DNA from: Flavobacteriales bacterium
GTDB taxonomy: Bacteria > Bacteroidota > Bacteroidia > Flavobacteriales > BACL11
NCBI GenBank assembly: GCA_002705205.1
Contig: PAHP01000007.1
Coordinates: 54,866 to 118,865, forward strand
Length of the DNA stretch: 64,000 nucleotides
Direction: 5' to 3'
Numbering within the stretch: the stretch's first letter is position 1; each line of letters begins with the position of its first letter. Below, one piece after another: positions 19,101-28,953 of the stretch. The position numbers and the translations under genes are program-made. The notes under the pieces are model-generated. The model searched no databases and was not told the origin of the DNA. It saw only the letters and a program-made list of their open reading frames with translations.

Positions 19101-22100
19101 CTAAAGATAGTTGGGCTGGAATAATGCGTACATTACAGACTAATGATTTTGAAGCTGCTAATATTGAATTTATTGAGTTTTGGATGATGGATCCATTTAA
19201 TCAAGATGATGGAATTCCAAATCATAGCGGAGGAGATATGTATTTGCATCTAGGAAATATATCTGAGGATGTCTTAAGAGATGGGTATAAAAGTTTTGAG
19301 AATGGACTTCCAAATTCATCAAATGTTGAAGATGTAGATACAACTGATTGGGGTAGGGTTCCTTCAAATTTTTCTATTGTAGATGCATTCGATAATGATC
19401 CTACTGCAAGAGAATATCAAGATGTTGGTCTTGATGGATTGGGAGATTCAGACGAGAGATTATTTTTTAACACATCTTATATTCAGAAAATTGCAGATAC
19501 AGATAGTTTAGGGGTTTCTTCAGTAGCATATACTAATGCTTTTAATGATCCTTCAGCCGATAATTTTCATTATTTTAGAGGAAGTGATTTTGATAATCAA
19601 TCAACATCAGTTATAGATAGATATAAAGACTATAATAATCTTGAAGGGAATTCTGTTACTACAGAGAATTCTCCAGAGAACTATCCCGCTGCAGCTACTT
19701 CTAATCCTGATACTGAGGATTTAAATGGAGACAATACATTAAGTGAAACAGAAAGCTATTTTCAATACAAAATTAGACTACATCCTAATGAGATGAATAT
19801 TGGGAGTAATTATATTTCAGATTTTTTTAAAGCATATGTTAAAACAAAGAATGGCGATACAAGAGCGATTAGATGGTATCAGTTTAGAATCCCAATTCAT
19901 AATCCGGATAATATAATTGGAGGCATAAGAGATTTTAAATCGATTCGATTTATGCGATTAGCTTTCACAGAATTTAGACAGCCAATTATTTGTCGTTTTG
20001 CAACCTTTGATCTTGTAAGAGGTGAATGGAGAAGATATAATTTTTCATTATCTGAAGCTGGAGAATATATCCCTGGTGATGATCAGGGATCTACTAGTTT
20101 TGACGTTTCAGCTGTAAATATTGAGGAAAATGGAAATAGAGAACCTATTAATTATATTTTGCCTCCAGGAATTGAGCAAGAACTGGATAATACTACTACA
20201 ACTCAGAGGCAACAGAATGAGCAGTCATTAGTATTAAAAGTTTGTGATTTAAAGGATGGTGATTCTAGAGCAGCATATAAAACTTCAGATATTGATGTCA
20301 GAACTTATAAAAGAATAAAGATGTTTGTGCATGCAGAAGGGGAAAATGAGAATAGTTTAAAGAAGGGTGACCTGTCATGTTTTTTAAGGTTAGGGACAGA
20401 TTTTTCTTCAAATTATTATGAGTATGAGATTTCATTAACTCCAACAGAACATACAGAAAGTAGTGCTAGCGATGTTTGGCCATCAGAAAATGAAATTGAT
20501 ATTCCTTTTGAAATCTTTTTAGAAGCAAAACAAGAAAGAAATAATAATAGTAGAGAGATATCATTACCATATATCAAATATACTAATGGAGGGAAAGTTA
20601 CAGTAGTTGGAAACCCTACATTAGCACAAGTCAAAACACTAATGATTGGAGTCAGGAACCCTAAGAAGATATCACTAGAAGATAGTGATGATGGGATGTC
20701 AAAATGTGGGCAAATTTGGGTAAATGAATTAAGGCTTACTGAATTTGATGAGAAAGGAGGATGGGCTACGAATAGTAGAGTAACTGCTCGATTAGCAGAT
20801 TTTGGGAATATATCATTGTCGGGTAACATGAGTACAGTTGGATTTGGAAGTATTGAAAAGAAAGTAAATGAACGCCAGAAATACAATGCTTTTCAGTATG
20901 ATTTTTCTTCAACATTTAATTTAGGTAAATTTTTTCCGGAAGATTATGGAATAAAGGTCCCTATGTATATTGGGAGATCAAGAACAATAAAAAATCCTCA
21001 ATATAATCCTTTAGATCCTGATATTCTTTTTGAGAGATCATTAAAAAGTCTCGATAGTAAAGTAGAGAAGGATTCGTTAAAAAATATTGCTCAAGATTAT
21101 GTGCAAAGAAAAAGTATTAACTTTACTAATGTAAGAAAAACAAAAGTTCAGAAAAAAGGCCAAAAAGCGAAGAAAGCTAAGGTATATGATATAGAAAATT
21201 TTACTGTTTCTTATTCAAAGAATGAAACGTTTATTAGAAATATTAATACTGAGTATAATAGGACTGTAAATTATAGAGGTGCTTTAACTTATAATTTTAA
21301 TACTCAACCAAAAAATATAAAACCATTTTCAAGGATTAAGTTTCCAAAGTCACCATACTTTAGATTGATTAAAGATTTCAATTTTAATACTATGCCTAAA
21401 TCATTTTCTTTTAGGACTGATCTTGATAGGCATTATAATGAGACTAAGATGAGGAATTTAAGTAATTCTTATATGATTATTACTCCTACCTATAATAAGT
21501 TTTTTAGTTGGAATAGATCATATGAATTAAAGTATGATTTAATGCGAACATTAAAATTAGACTTTGCCGTTAATCAAAAGGCAAACATTGATGAGCCTGT
21601 TGGCAAGATTGATAAATCATATAAAGAGAAAATAGATACTATTTGGCAAAATGTTTGGGATTTTGGTAGAGCTAAGCATTATCACCAGACATTTGGAGTT
21701 AATTATCAAGTCCCCTTAAATAAGATACCAATTGTTAATTTTATTTCTTTGAATACTAGATATACTGCAAATTATGAATGGACTGCTTCATTGCCTGCTA
21801 TTTCAAATCTTGGAAATCAGATTCAGAACTCAAATTCAAAGCAATATAACGGACAGGTTAATCTTACAACTCTTTATAATAAGGTGCCTTATTTTAAGAA
21901 ATTAAATCAAGGAAGTAGAAGAGGTAGGGGGCGTGCACGAAATAGGCAAGAACAAGAAGAAAAAGACAATAAAGAAAAAAATAAATTTAAATTATTGCAA
22001 CATATGACGCGTTTTGCTTTAGGCGTCAAGAATATTTCAATTAATTATTCTGAGAATGAAGGAACCTTCTTGCCAGGCTATCTTAATCAATCTAAAGTTT

Positions 22101-23404
22101 TAGGACAAGATTGGGATAAGCTATCTCCTGGCTTGCCTTTTGTTTTTGGTAGCCAGAAAGATATAAGGTTAACTGCTGGTAGAAAAGGCTGGATCTCAAG
22201 AAGTACAGCTTTAAATACTATGTACAAAACAAATCAGTCTCAAAATTTAACATTTAGAAGTACAGTAGAGCCTATAAAGCAATTTAAGATTGATATTACA
22301 GCTAATAAAACAACTTCTAATAATCAAAGTGAGTATTATCGATGGGATGAAGGGATCGATGATTTTAATTCTTTTAACCCAACAGAATCAGGAGGGTTTA
22401 GTATTTCATTTATTTCATTTTGGACCGCATTTAGATCTAATAATGACGATAATGAATCAGAGACATTTAATAATTTCAGGAATTATAGGATAATTATTGC
22501 AGAGCAGTTAGCAGAGCAGAATTCTAATTTTAATGCTAATGGATCTCTTGATGGGTTCCCTGTAGAATATGATAATAATGATACATTGATTGGTGGATAT
22601 GGAGCAACTTCTCAAGAAGTTATGATTCCTGCATTTTTATCAGCGTATAGAGGTAAAGACCCTTCTAACTCTAAGCTGACTGAGTTTCCTTCAATCCCTT
22701 TGCCTAATTGGAGGATTACCTATGATGGATTTATTAGAATTCCTTATATTAAGAAGAAATTCAAACAGTTTAGTATTAGTCATGCTTATCGATCTACTTA
22801 TTCGGTAGGCTCTTTTCAATCTAATCTTAATTATGAGGATTTAGATAAAGATGGCTTTGCTGATTATGGGAATATTAATATGAATAATATGAGTTATCAT
22901 GTGGAAAGAGAAATCTCACAAGTGAATATTAATGAGCAATTTAGTCCTTTATTTAAAGTAGATATGACATGGAAGAATAGTTTACTTACAAAAGTTGAAC
23001 TTAAGAGAACCAGGGTTCTAGCATTGTCATTAGCCAATAATCAACTTACCGAAACAGGATCTCAAGAATATATTTTTGGTATTGGATATAGAATAAAAGA
23101 TGTTGAATTTAAGATGTTCTCAGCAGGTAGGGGTAAAAAGGTTTCTAGTGATTTAGATTTAAAAATAGATTTTAATATAATGAATAATAAAACAATTATT
23201 AGAAAAGTCGTTGAAGATATAGAGCAAATAACAATGGGCCAACAACTAATCAAGATAAAGTTCTCAGCTGATTATGTTGTAAATCAGAGATTAAATGTTA
23301 AAGCATTTTATGATAGAGTGATTACTAATCCATTCATTTCCACTACATTCCCAAGCTCAATCACTAATCTAGGCTTTAGTTTAAGATTTACCTTGGCAGG
23401 ATAA
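16199..23404 (+). CDS. sprA: T9SS outer-membrane translocon SprA/Sov
   Basis: 2401 aa; FGGNAVDIRPQGSAEL, EDEIIKKIEIGNVS, QSLFGLKTQLQFG, SIRFMR and WVNELR; lies between ruvA and gcvH; TTG start. Confidence 0.96.
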   Translation: MKLKKSSYYNILFFFCTLFFSVNILGQSTSDSTLVFPFSNSQTGGMFMNTPPNINSIVVFDPLTNTYLVQDKIGTLSYGEPKIMSFSDYQRYSQNKIVNDYWNLRSKQRAGRQTSALGLPKLFIPGKSFDRVFGGNAVDIRPQGSAELIFGLKINKIDNPSLPEEQRRTTSFDFQEKIQMNVVGKIGDKLKVTANFNTETTFDFENQMKVEYTGYEDEIIKKIEIGNVSLPLNGTLITGSQSLFGLKTQLQFGRTTITGILSQQKSTKSEIEVSGGAQTSEFDVYADQYEANKHFFLAHYFKDQYDEALSKLPFINSVVNITKIEVWVTNKIGTTNDTRNIVAFLDLAETSSYYNNSTGEGNIFNDNEVQINNFDPNAPPDNNSANNLFNKLTTTYSDIRNINEVNSALQSTSLSNGTDFEKLERARKLSESEFAFNSQLGYISLNQALNNDEVLAVAFQYTIGGETFQVGEFSSTGPTAPDALILKLLKGTNFSPSLPNWDLMMKNIYAIGAYQMSRDGFVLDVVYENTEESGVLTNYLTEPTEQLINGVPLIHLLNLDELNQQMDIQKNGDGIFDFIEGITAKSSNGRIIFPVREPFGNYLANKFSNSIIADKYSYQILYDSTLTVAQQFPEKNRFRLKGTYESSSGAEIRLNAMNVPEGSVTVTAGSQKLVENQDYTVDYMLGRVTIINEGILSSGVPIKIALENNSMFGIQNKTLVGIHADYEINKDFLIGATMLRLTERPYTQKINAGEEPISNTIWGLDANYQTELPWLTTAIDKLPFIETKAKSRFIATGEFAYLVPGHHKAVGKNGVSYIDDFEASRTTINMKNMGAWKLSSIPIGEAQDDIFKISDEFLEEENKNLKYGARRAKLAWYTIDPLFFRSTSITPPNIDNTITLPSGNTIKQQSYHYSREVLENEVFPNKDPEMGSQITNLSVLDLVYYPDQRGPYNYTINGIGVDGKLNKPKDSWAGIMRTLQTNDFEAANIEFIEFWMMDPFNQDDGIPNHSGGDMYLHLGNISEDVLRDGYKSFENGLPNSSNVEDVDTTDWGRVPSNFSIVDAFDNDPTAREYQDVGLDGLGDSDERLFFNTSYIQKIADTDSLGVSSVAYTNAFNDPSADNFHYFRGSDFDNQSTSVIDRYKDYNNLEGNSVTTENSPENYPAAATSNPDTEDLNGDNTLSETESYFQYKIRLHPNEMNIGSNYISDFFKAYVKTKNGDTRAIRWYQFRIPIHNPDNIIGGIRDFKSIRFMRLAFTEFRQPIICRFATFDLVRGEWRRYNFSLSEAGEYIPGDDQGSTSFDVSAVNIEENGNREPINYILPPGIEQELDNTTTTQRQQNEQSLVLKVCDLKDGDSRAAYKTSDIDVRTYKRIKMFVHAEGENENSLKKGDLSCFLRLGTDFSSNYYEYEISLTPTEHTESSASDVWPSENEIDIPFEIFLEAKQERNNNSREISLPYIKYTNGGKVTVVGNPTLAQVKTLMIGVRNPKKISLEDSDDGMSKCGQIWVNELRLTEFDEKGGWATNSRVTARLADFGNISLSGNMSTVGFGSIEKKVNERQKYNAFQYDFSSTFNLGKFFPEDYGIKVPMYIGRSRTIKNPQYNPLDPDILFERSLKSLDSKVEKDSLKNIAQDYVQRKSINFTNVRKTKVQKKGQKAKKAKVYDIENFTVSYSKNETFIRNINTEYNRTVNYRGALTYNFNTQPKNIKPFSRIKFPKSPYFRLIKDFNFNTMPKSFSFRTDLDRHYNETKMRNLSNSYMIITPTYNKFFSWNRSYELKYDLMRTLKLDFAVNQKANIDEPVGKIDKSYKEKIDTIWQNVWDFGRAKHYHQTFGVNYQVPLNKIPIVNFISLNTRYTANYEWTASLPAISNLGNQIQNSNSKQYNGQVNLTTLYNKVPYFKKLNQGSRRGRGRARNRQEQEEKDNKEKNKFKLLQHMTRFALGVKNISINYSENEGTFLPGYLNQSKVLGQDWDKLSPGLPFVFGSQKDIRLTAGRKGWISRSTALNTMYKTNQSQNLTFRSTVEPIKQFKIDITANKTTSNNQSEYYRWDEGIDDFNSFNPTESGGFSISFISFWTAFRSNNDDNESETFNNFRNYRIIIAEQLAEQNSNFNANGSLDGFPVEYDNNDTLIGGYGATSQEVMIPAFLSAYRGKDPSNSKLTEFPSIPLPNWRITYDGFIRIPYIKKKFKQFSISHAYRSTYSVGSFQSNLNYEDLDKDGFADYGNINMNNMSYHVEREISQVNINEQFSPLFKVDMTWKNSLLTKVELKRTRVLALSLANNQLTETGSQEYIFGIGYRIKDVEFKMFSAGRGKKVSSDLDLKIDFNIMNNKTIIRKVVEDIEQITMGQQLIKIKFSADYVVNQRLNVKAFYDRVITNPFISTTFPSSITNLGFSLRFTLAG

Positions 23405-23449
23405 TTTTGCGTACTAATAAAAAAATGTATTTTTGAAAAAAATATTTAA

Positions 23450-23827
23450 ATGGAATTTCCAAAGGAATTAAAGTATAGTAAGGATCATGAATGGATTAAG
23501 GTAGAAGGAGATAATGCATATATTGGTATTACAGAATTTGCACAGGGCGAGCTAGGAGATATTGTTTTTGTTGATGTCGATACCCAAGATGAAGAGCTTG
23601 AAAAAGAAGAAGTTTTTGGATCAATTGAAGCAGTTAAAACAGTTTCTGATTTATTTATGCCAATAAATGGGACGGTTATATCTGTAAATGAACGTCTAGA
23701 TGATGAGCCTGAATTAATCAATTTAGATCCTTATGGGGATGGATGGATTATTAAAATTCTAATATCTGATATAAGTGATTTGGATACTTTATTAGATGCA
23801 GATTCGTATAAAGAACTAGTAGCTTAA
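23450..23827 (+). CDS. gcvH: Glycine cleavage system H protein
   Basis: [23 protein letters not shown] and lipoyl-Lys motif [16 protein letters not shown] box at 23428-23435. Confidence 0.97.
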   Translation: MEFPKELKYSKDHEWIKVEGDNAYIGITEFAQGELGDIVFVDVDTQDEELEKEEVFGSIEAVKTVSDLFMPINGTVISVNERLDDEPELINLDPYGDGWIIKILISDISDLDTLLDADSYKELVA

Positions 23828-23838
23828 AAATAAAAAAA

Positions 23839-24492
23839 ATGGAACAAAAAAAGAATCCTGAAATCAGTTTAGAAAAAAGAAAGGGGCTGTTCTTTCAGAT
23901 AGGACTTGTAGTTACGCTGGTAATTGTGTTGGTTGCTTTTGAGTGGAGGAGTTATGATAAGGTTGAATATAATCTAGGTCAGCTTAATCTTGATGATATG
24001 GAGGAAGAAATTATACCTATTACAAAACAAGAGGAGAAGCCTCCCCCACCTCCCCCACCTCCCCCAGAAATAATTGAAATTATTGAAGATGATGAAGAAA
24101 TAGAAAATGAATTAGAAGTAGAAGATACAGAATCCGATGAGGATATTGAAATTGAAATTGAAGAAGAGGATGATGATGAATTTTTTATGGTTGTAGAAAA
24201 TATGCCAGAGTTTCCTGGAGGAGATTTAGGCTTAATGAAATATATCCAAAAAAATGTAAAATACCCTGCTATTGCTAAGGAATATAATATTACAGGTAAA
24301 GTATATGTGAGTTTTATTGTAGATAAAACTGGTTCAGTTACAAATGTTAAAGTAGTAAGAGGAGTTGATAAGAACTTAGATGCAGAGGCTGTAAGAGTAG
24401 TTAAATCACTACCTAAATATAAGCCAGGAAAACAAAGAGGGAAGGCTGTTCGAGTAATGTTCACAATCCCAATTAATTTTACACTTAATTAA
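23839..24492 (+). CDS. tonB: Energy transducer TonB
   Basis: N-terminal TM helix, poly-Pro and acidic linker, C-terminal domain VENMPEFPGG...YPAIAKE..ITGKVYVSFIVD...PGKQRG. Confidence 0.92.
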   Translation: MEQKKNPEISLEKRKGLFFQIGLVVTLVIVLVAFEWRSYDKVEYNLGQLNLDDMEEEIIPITKQEEKPPPPPPPPPEIIEIIEDDEEIENELEVEDTESDEDIEIEIEEEDDDEFFMVVENMPEFPGGDLGLMKYIQKNVKYPAIAKEYNITGKVYVSFIVDKTGSVTNVKVVRGVDKNLDAEAVRVVKSLPKYKPGKQRGKAVRVMFTIPINFTLN

Positions 24493-24510
24493 GTTGCATT
24501 CCTATAAATA

Positions 24511-24542
24511 AAGAAAAGCCGAGTATCTACTCGGCTTTCTTT
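24511..24542. terminator. Bidirectional intrinsic terminator between tonB and cysN
   Basis: AAAGCCGAGTA-TC-TACTCGGCTTT with A-rich and T-rich flanks between convergent genes. Confidence 0.85.
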
Positions 24543-24549
24543 AAAATTG

Positions 24550-25818
24550 TTAAATAATCATTCCAGCGGCAACAGTTTCATTTGTTGCTTCATCTACTAA
24601 AATGATGCTTCCTGTATTTCTATTTCTTCTGTAGCTATCAAAAAATAGTGGTTTTGTTGTTCTTATCGATATTCTTCCAATATCATTTAATCCTATCTGT
24701 TTATCCTTTTGATTTCGGTGTAAAGTATTAATATCTATTTTGTATTGAATATTCTTTACAATACATCTTGCAGTTTGGCTTGTATGCCTGATTGTATATT
24801 TCCCTTTTGGGATCATCTTTTTTTCGTTCATCCAGCAAATCATTAAATCAATATCTTGACTTACTTTTGGTTGGTTTTTTTCCCGTACTAACATATCTCC
24901 TCTACTAATATCAATATCATCTTCTAAAGTTATACAAACTGACATCGGAGAAAATGCTTCATGAACTTCCCCGTTAAAAGTATCTATTGATTTAATTCTT
25001 GATGTAAATCCGGATGGAAGTACAGTAACGTTATCTCCAGATTTAAAGATCCCACCCTCAATTCTACCGGAATACCCTCTATAGTCTGGATACTTAACTG
25101 ATTGTGGGCGAATAACATACTGAACAGGGAACCTGCAATCTACATGATTATGATCAGAGCCAATATGAATGTTTTCTAAAAGATGCATGAGTGTTGATCC
25201 TTCATACCAGTTCATGTGCTCAGACCTTGTAACAACATTATCCCCATTAAGTGCAGATATTGGAATAAAGTGCATGTCCTTAATTTCTAGTTTTGAAGCA
25301 AAGCTTTCAAAATCTGATTTTATTTTCTCAAATACTTCTTGATCGTAATCTGCTAAATCCATTTTATTAATACAAACAGCAATATGAGGAATCTGTAAAA
25401 GAGAAGCTATAAATGCATGTCGTTTAGTTTGCTCAATTACACCATGCCTTGCGTCTACTAATAGTAATGCAAGGTTTGCTGTTGATGCGCCAGTTACCAT
25501 ATTTCTTGTATATTGAATATGTCCTGGAGTATCTGCAATAATAAATTTTCTTTTTGGAGTTGCAAAGTATCTGTATGCTACATCAATAGTGATGCCTTGC
25601 TCTCTTTCTGATCTCAAACCATCTGTTAAAAGGGCAAGATTAATCCCTTCTTCACCTCTTTGTCTATTTGCTTCTTCGAGCAGATTCATTTGGTCATCAA
25701 AGATCGCTTTACTATCATAAAGTAATCTTCCAATTAAAGTGCTTTTCCCATCATCAACACTGCCTGCAGTTGTGAAGCGTAAAAGCTCCATATTTAAGTA
25801 TCCTTTCGTCTTGCTCAT
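24550..25818 (-). CDS. cysN: Sulfate adenylyltransferase subunit 1 (GTPase)
   Basis: GSVDDGKSTLIGRLL, EREQGITIDVAYRYF, DTPGH and NKMD. Start placed at ATG 25818 after the cysD stop; no fused APS kinase domain. Confidence 0.96.
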   Translation of the reverse strand: MSKTKGYLNMELLRFTTAGSVDDGKSTLIGRLLYDSKAIFDDQMNLLEEANRQRGEEGINLALLTDGLRSEREQGITIDVAYRYFATPKRKFIIADTPGHIQYTRNMVTGASTANLALLLVDARHGVIEQTKRHAFIASLLQIPHIAVCINKMDLADYDQEVFEKIKSDFESFASKLEIKDMHFIPISALNGDNVVTRSEHMNWYEGSTLMHLLENIHIGSDHNHVDCRFPVQYVIRPQSVKYPDYRGYSGRIEGGIFKSGDNVTVLPSGFTSRIKSIDTFNGEVHEAFSPMSVCITLEDDIDISRGDMLVREKNQPKVSQDIDLMICWMNEKKMIPKGKYTIRHTSQTARCIVKNIQYKIDINTLHRNQKDKQIGLNDIGRISIRTTKPLFFDSYRRNRNTGSIILVDEATNETVAAGMII

Positions 25819-25828
25819 AATTTTTTCT

Positions 25829-26734
25829 TTAAAAGTACCCTTCTTTCTTTCTGTCCTCCATTGCCGCTTCTGATCTTTTATCGTCAGCTCTTCCACCTCT
25901 TTCAGTAATCCTTGTTGAGGCAACTTCTTTGATAATTGCATCTAAGTCATTAGCTTCTGACTCTACAACTCCAGTACAAGTCATATCTCCAATTGTTCTA
26001 CATCTGATTATCTTTTCTTCCCATTTTTCGCCTTCTTTAAGTGTAATATGCTCACACTTAGCTAGAAGTACTCCGTCTCGTAGCACTACTTCTCTTTTAT
26101 GAGAGAAATATAATAAAGGCAATGCAATGTTCTCATTTAATATGTATTGCCAAACATCCATCTCTGTCCAGTTTGAAATTGGGAATATCCTAAAATGCTC
26201 TCCAATTCCTTTCCTTCCATTAAAGAGGTTCCAAAGCTCAGGTCTTTGATTTTTAGGATCCCACTGTCCAAATTCATCTCTGTGCGAAAAGAATCTTTCT
26301 TTAGCTCTTGCTTTTTCCTCATCTCTTCTTGCTCCTCCCATAGCACAATCATATTTCCCTTCCTCGAGACCCTCTAGAAGAGTTATAGTTTGAAGTCCAT
26401 TTCTTGATGCATTCACACCAGTTTCCTCAGTAGCAGTTCCATTGTTAATAGAGTCTTGAACATATTTTACAATTATAGATTCTCCGGTTTCCTTCATAAG
26501 CCTATCTCTAAACATAATAGTTTCAGGGAAGTTATGCCCTGTATCAACATGCATTAATGGGAATGGAATCTTTCCAGGATGAAAAGCTTTTCTTGCAAGG
26601 TGAAACATTATAATAGAATCTTTGCCTCCAGAGAATAACATTACAGGTCTTTCAAATTGTGCTGCTACTTCCCTGAGGATAAAGATTGCTTCAGATTCTA
26701 GTACTTTTAAGTGTGTTAGATTGTATGAACTCAT
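25829..26734 (-). CDS. cysD: Sulfate adenylyltransferase subunit 2
   Basis: FSGGKDS, GGARRDEEKARAKER, WDPKNQRPELW and MEDRKKEGYF. Confidence 0.97.
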   Translation of the reverse strand: MSSYNLTHLKVLESEAIFILREVAAQFERPVMLFSGGKDSIIMFHLARKAFHPGKIPFPLMHVDTGHNFPETIMFRDRLMKETGESIIVKYVQDSINNGTATEETGVNASRNGLQTITLLEGLEEGKYDCAMGGARRDEEKARAKERFFSHRDEFGQWDPKNQRPELWNLFNGRKGIGEHFRIFPISNWTEMDVWQYILNENIALPLLYFSHKREVVLRDGVLLAKCEHITLKEGEKWEEKIIRCRTIGDMTCTGVVESEANDLDAIIKEVASTRITERGGRADDKRSEAAMEDRKKEGYF

Positions 26735-26737
26735 TTT

Positions 26738-27346
26738 TTACTTGTTTTTTATTATTGGTAAAATAAAGTCCAAAACTTTCTGTATTGATTCATTTATTGA
26801 GAGTTTGGATGTATTTATTTCTAATTTAGGGTTTTCAGGAGCTTCAAATGGCGCACTAATTCCTGTAAAATTTATTATTTCTCCCTTTCGTGCTTTTTTA
26901 TAAAGTCCTTTCACGTCTCTGTTTTCACAAGTTGTAACTGATGCATTAATATATATCTCAATAAAATCATCTTCTCCAATTATTTCTTTTGCGATTTGTC
27001 TTATTTTTTTTGTTGGGCTTATAAAGCAATTCAATGTAATGATACCACAATTCATGAAAAGTTTAGAAACCTCAGCAATTCGTCTAATATTTTCTGATCT
27101 GTCTTCAGATGAGAAAGTAAGATTAGAACTAATTCCTACTCTGATATTATCGCCATCTAGAACTTGATTTAGTATTCCTTTAGAGTGTAAATACTTCTCT
27201 ACTCCTTTAGCTATAGTTGTTTTTCCAGATCCAGAGAGGCCTGTCATCCAAATAACTTTTGAATTCTGATTAAGTAATTCTTCTTTGTCTTTCCTTTGAA
27301 GAATCTCATTAAAAACAGTAAATATATTTTCTTTTTCCTCTTTCAT
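26738..27346 (-). CDS. cysC: Adenylyl-sulfate (APS) kinase
   Basis: WMTGLSGSGKTT, LDGDNIR, RDVKGLYKKAR.GEI.NFTGISAPFEAP. ATG at 27346 with TACATTTG box at 27356-27363. Confidence 0.96.
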   Translation of the reverse strand: MKEEKENIFTVFNEILQRKDKEELLNQNSKVIWMTGLSGSGKTTIAKGVEKYLHSKGILNQVLDGDNIRVGISSNLTFSSEDRSENIRRIAEVSKLFMNCGIITLNCFISPTKKIRQIAKEIIGEDDFIEIYINASVTTCENRDVKGLYKKARKGEIINFTGISAPFEAPENPKLEINTSKLSINESIQKVLDFILPIIKNK

Positions 27347-27438
27347 TTTAGAGACCAAATGTACTAAAACATATTGATTTAAAAACAGTAGTTTATATGA
27401 TAAATTACGTAATTTTGACTCTTTTAAGATTCAGTAAA

Positions 27439-28146
27439 TTGGAAATCGAGAATTATTTAGACTCAACTTATCTTAAGACTTCGGGTGAAGCACAAGTCTC
27501 AGATGATGAAACAAGAATTAGAGTGGAGCGATTAATTGATGAAGCAATCTCTCATGATTTTGCATGTATAATGATTCGTCCTGAATTTGTAACTTTAGCT
27601 ACACAAAAGATTAAAGTAACTGCATCAAAGGTTAAAGTTGGCACTGTAATAGACTTTCCTTTAGGTCAAGGCTCCACTAATTTTAAGGTTCAAGAAGCAG
27701 TTTCTGCTATGAATGATGGAGCATTTGATATTGATTTTGTCTGTGATTATAATGCATTTAAAAGAGGGGATTTTCGCAAGTTTGATATGGATATATTACA
27801 GGCAACTAATGTAGTAATGAAAGAAAAAAAAGTTGCAAAATGGATTATTGAAACAGGGTCTCTTTCTAGTGATGAGATTAGAAGTATTTCAAAGAGAATA
27901 TCTGGGATAGTTCAATCTAATTTTCCGAATAATTGTCATAATGTTTTTATTAAAACATCAACAGGTTATTATGGAGGTCTAGGAGCAACTATTAAAGATG
28001 TTAATACTATTAAATCTGTATCTGGAAAGCTACAGGTTAAGGCATCTGGAGGAGTATCAAGTTTAAAAGATTGTAAGAAGATGATAAAAGCAGGAGCAAC
28101 TAGAATAGGAACATCTAAAGCAGTATTAATTTATAGTCAGAAGTAA
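27439..28146 (+). CDS. deoC: Deoxyribose-phosphate aldolase
   Basis: GTVIDFPLG, FIKTSTG, VKASGG and GATRIGTS. TTG at 27439 inferred as start from the TAATTTTG box at 27410-27417. Confidence 0.9.
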   Translation: MEIENYLDSTYLKTSGEAQVSDDETRIRVERLIDEAISHDFACIMIRPEFVTLATQKIKVTASKVKVGTVIDFPLGQGSTNFKVQEAVSAMNDGAFDIDFVCDYNAFKRGDFRKFDMDILQATNVVMKEKKVAKWIIETGSLSSDEIRSISKRISGIVQSNFPNNCHNVFIKTSTGYYGGLGATIKDVNTIKSVSGKLQVKASGGVSSLKDCKKMIKAGATRIGTSKAVLIYSQK

Positions 28147-28149
28147 AAG

Positions 28150-28950
28150 ATGGAGATAATAAATCTTAAAGAATTATTAGTAAAAGCAATTAATGCCTCT
28201 ATTGAAGGAGGGCAATCAATCATGGATGTGTATAGTTCTGATTTTTCTGTGGAATATAAAGATGACAAATCTCCATTAACATTAGCAGATAGAAATTGTA
28301 ATGAAGTGATTGGAAAATATTTAATCGGTACTGGAATTCCTTTTTTAAGTGAGGAAGGGATTAAGATACCTTTTGAAGAAAGAAAAGATTGGGAATATTC
28401 CTGGTTAGTTGATCCTTTAGATGGGACTAAGGAGTTTATAAAAAGGAATGGTGAGTTTACAGTGAATATTGCTTTAATACATAATCAAAATCCTGTTTTA
28501 GGCGTAATATATGTTCCTGTAAAAGAGGAGCTGTATTTTGCATTAGAGGGGTTAGGCTCTTATAAAATAAATCAGAATACAATTATTGATAATATAGAAG
28601 AACTGATATCACAGTCAAATAGATTGCCTATTAATTATAATAGAAATAATTATGTGGTTGTTGGTTCAAGATCTCATATGTCAAAAGCAACACAATCTTT
28701 TTTTGAGGAGAAACAAAAAGAACATGGTAATATTGAAGTGATGGAGATAGGTTCCTCATTAAAATTGTGTATGGTTGCTGAAGGCAAGGCAGATGCTTAT
28801 GCTAGATATGCCCCAACTATGGAATGGGATACTGGTGCTGGGCATGCAATTGCTAAATATGCGGGCTTTACAGTAAAACGATATAATTCTTCAGATGATG
28901 TTATATACAATAAGCAAGATTTATTAAATCCTTGGTTTTTGGTTAGTTAA
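28150..28950 (+). CDS. cysQ: 3'(2'),5'-bisphosphate nucleotidase CysQ (PAP phosphatase)
   Basis: KDDKSPLTLAD, LSEEG, WLVDPLDGTKEF, GSRSH and EWDTGAG. Confidence 0.95.
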   Translation: MEIINLKELLVKAINASIEGGQSIMDVYSSDFSVEYKDDKSPLTLADRNCNEVIGKYLIGTGIPFLSEEGIKIPFEERKDWEYSWLVDPLDGTKEFIKRNGEFTVNIALIHNQNPVLGVIYVPVKEELYFALEGLGSYKINQNTIIDNIEELISQSNRLPINYNRNNYVVVGSRSHMSKATQSFFEEKQKEHGNIEVMEIGSSLKLCMVAEGKADAYARYAPTMEWDTGAGHAIAKYAGFTVKRYNSSDDVIYNKQDLLNPWFLVS

Positions 28951-28953
28951 GCC

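Noticed and set aside
23979..24464. 161-aa antisense ORF with poly-Gly and poly-Ser
   Set aside because: It is the reverse complement of the TonB Pro and Glu/Asp codon runs.
25819..25941. 41-codon N-terminal extension of the cysN ORF overlapping cysD (possible frameshift fusion)
   Set aside because: cysD ends with its canonical KEGYF stop and cysN has a good ATG 10 nt later. No slippery site is evident, so this is a chance open frame.
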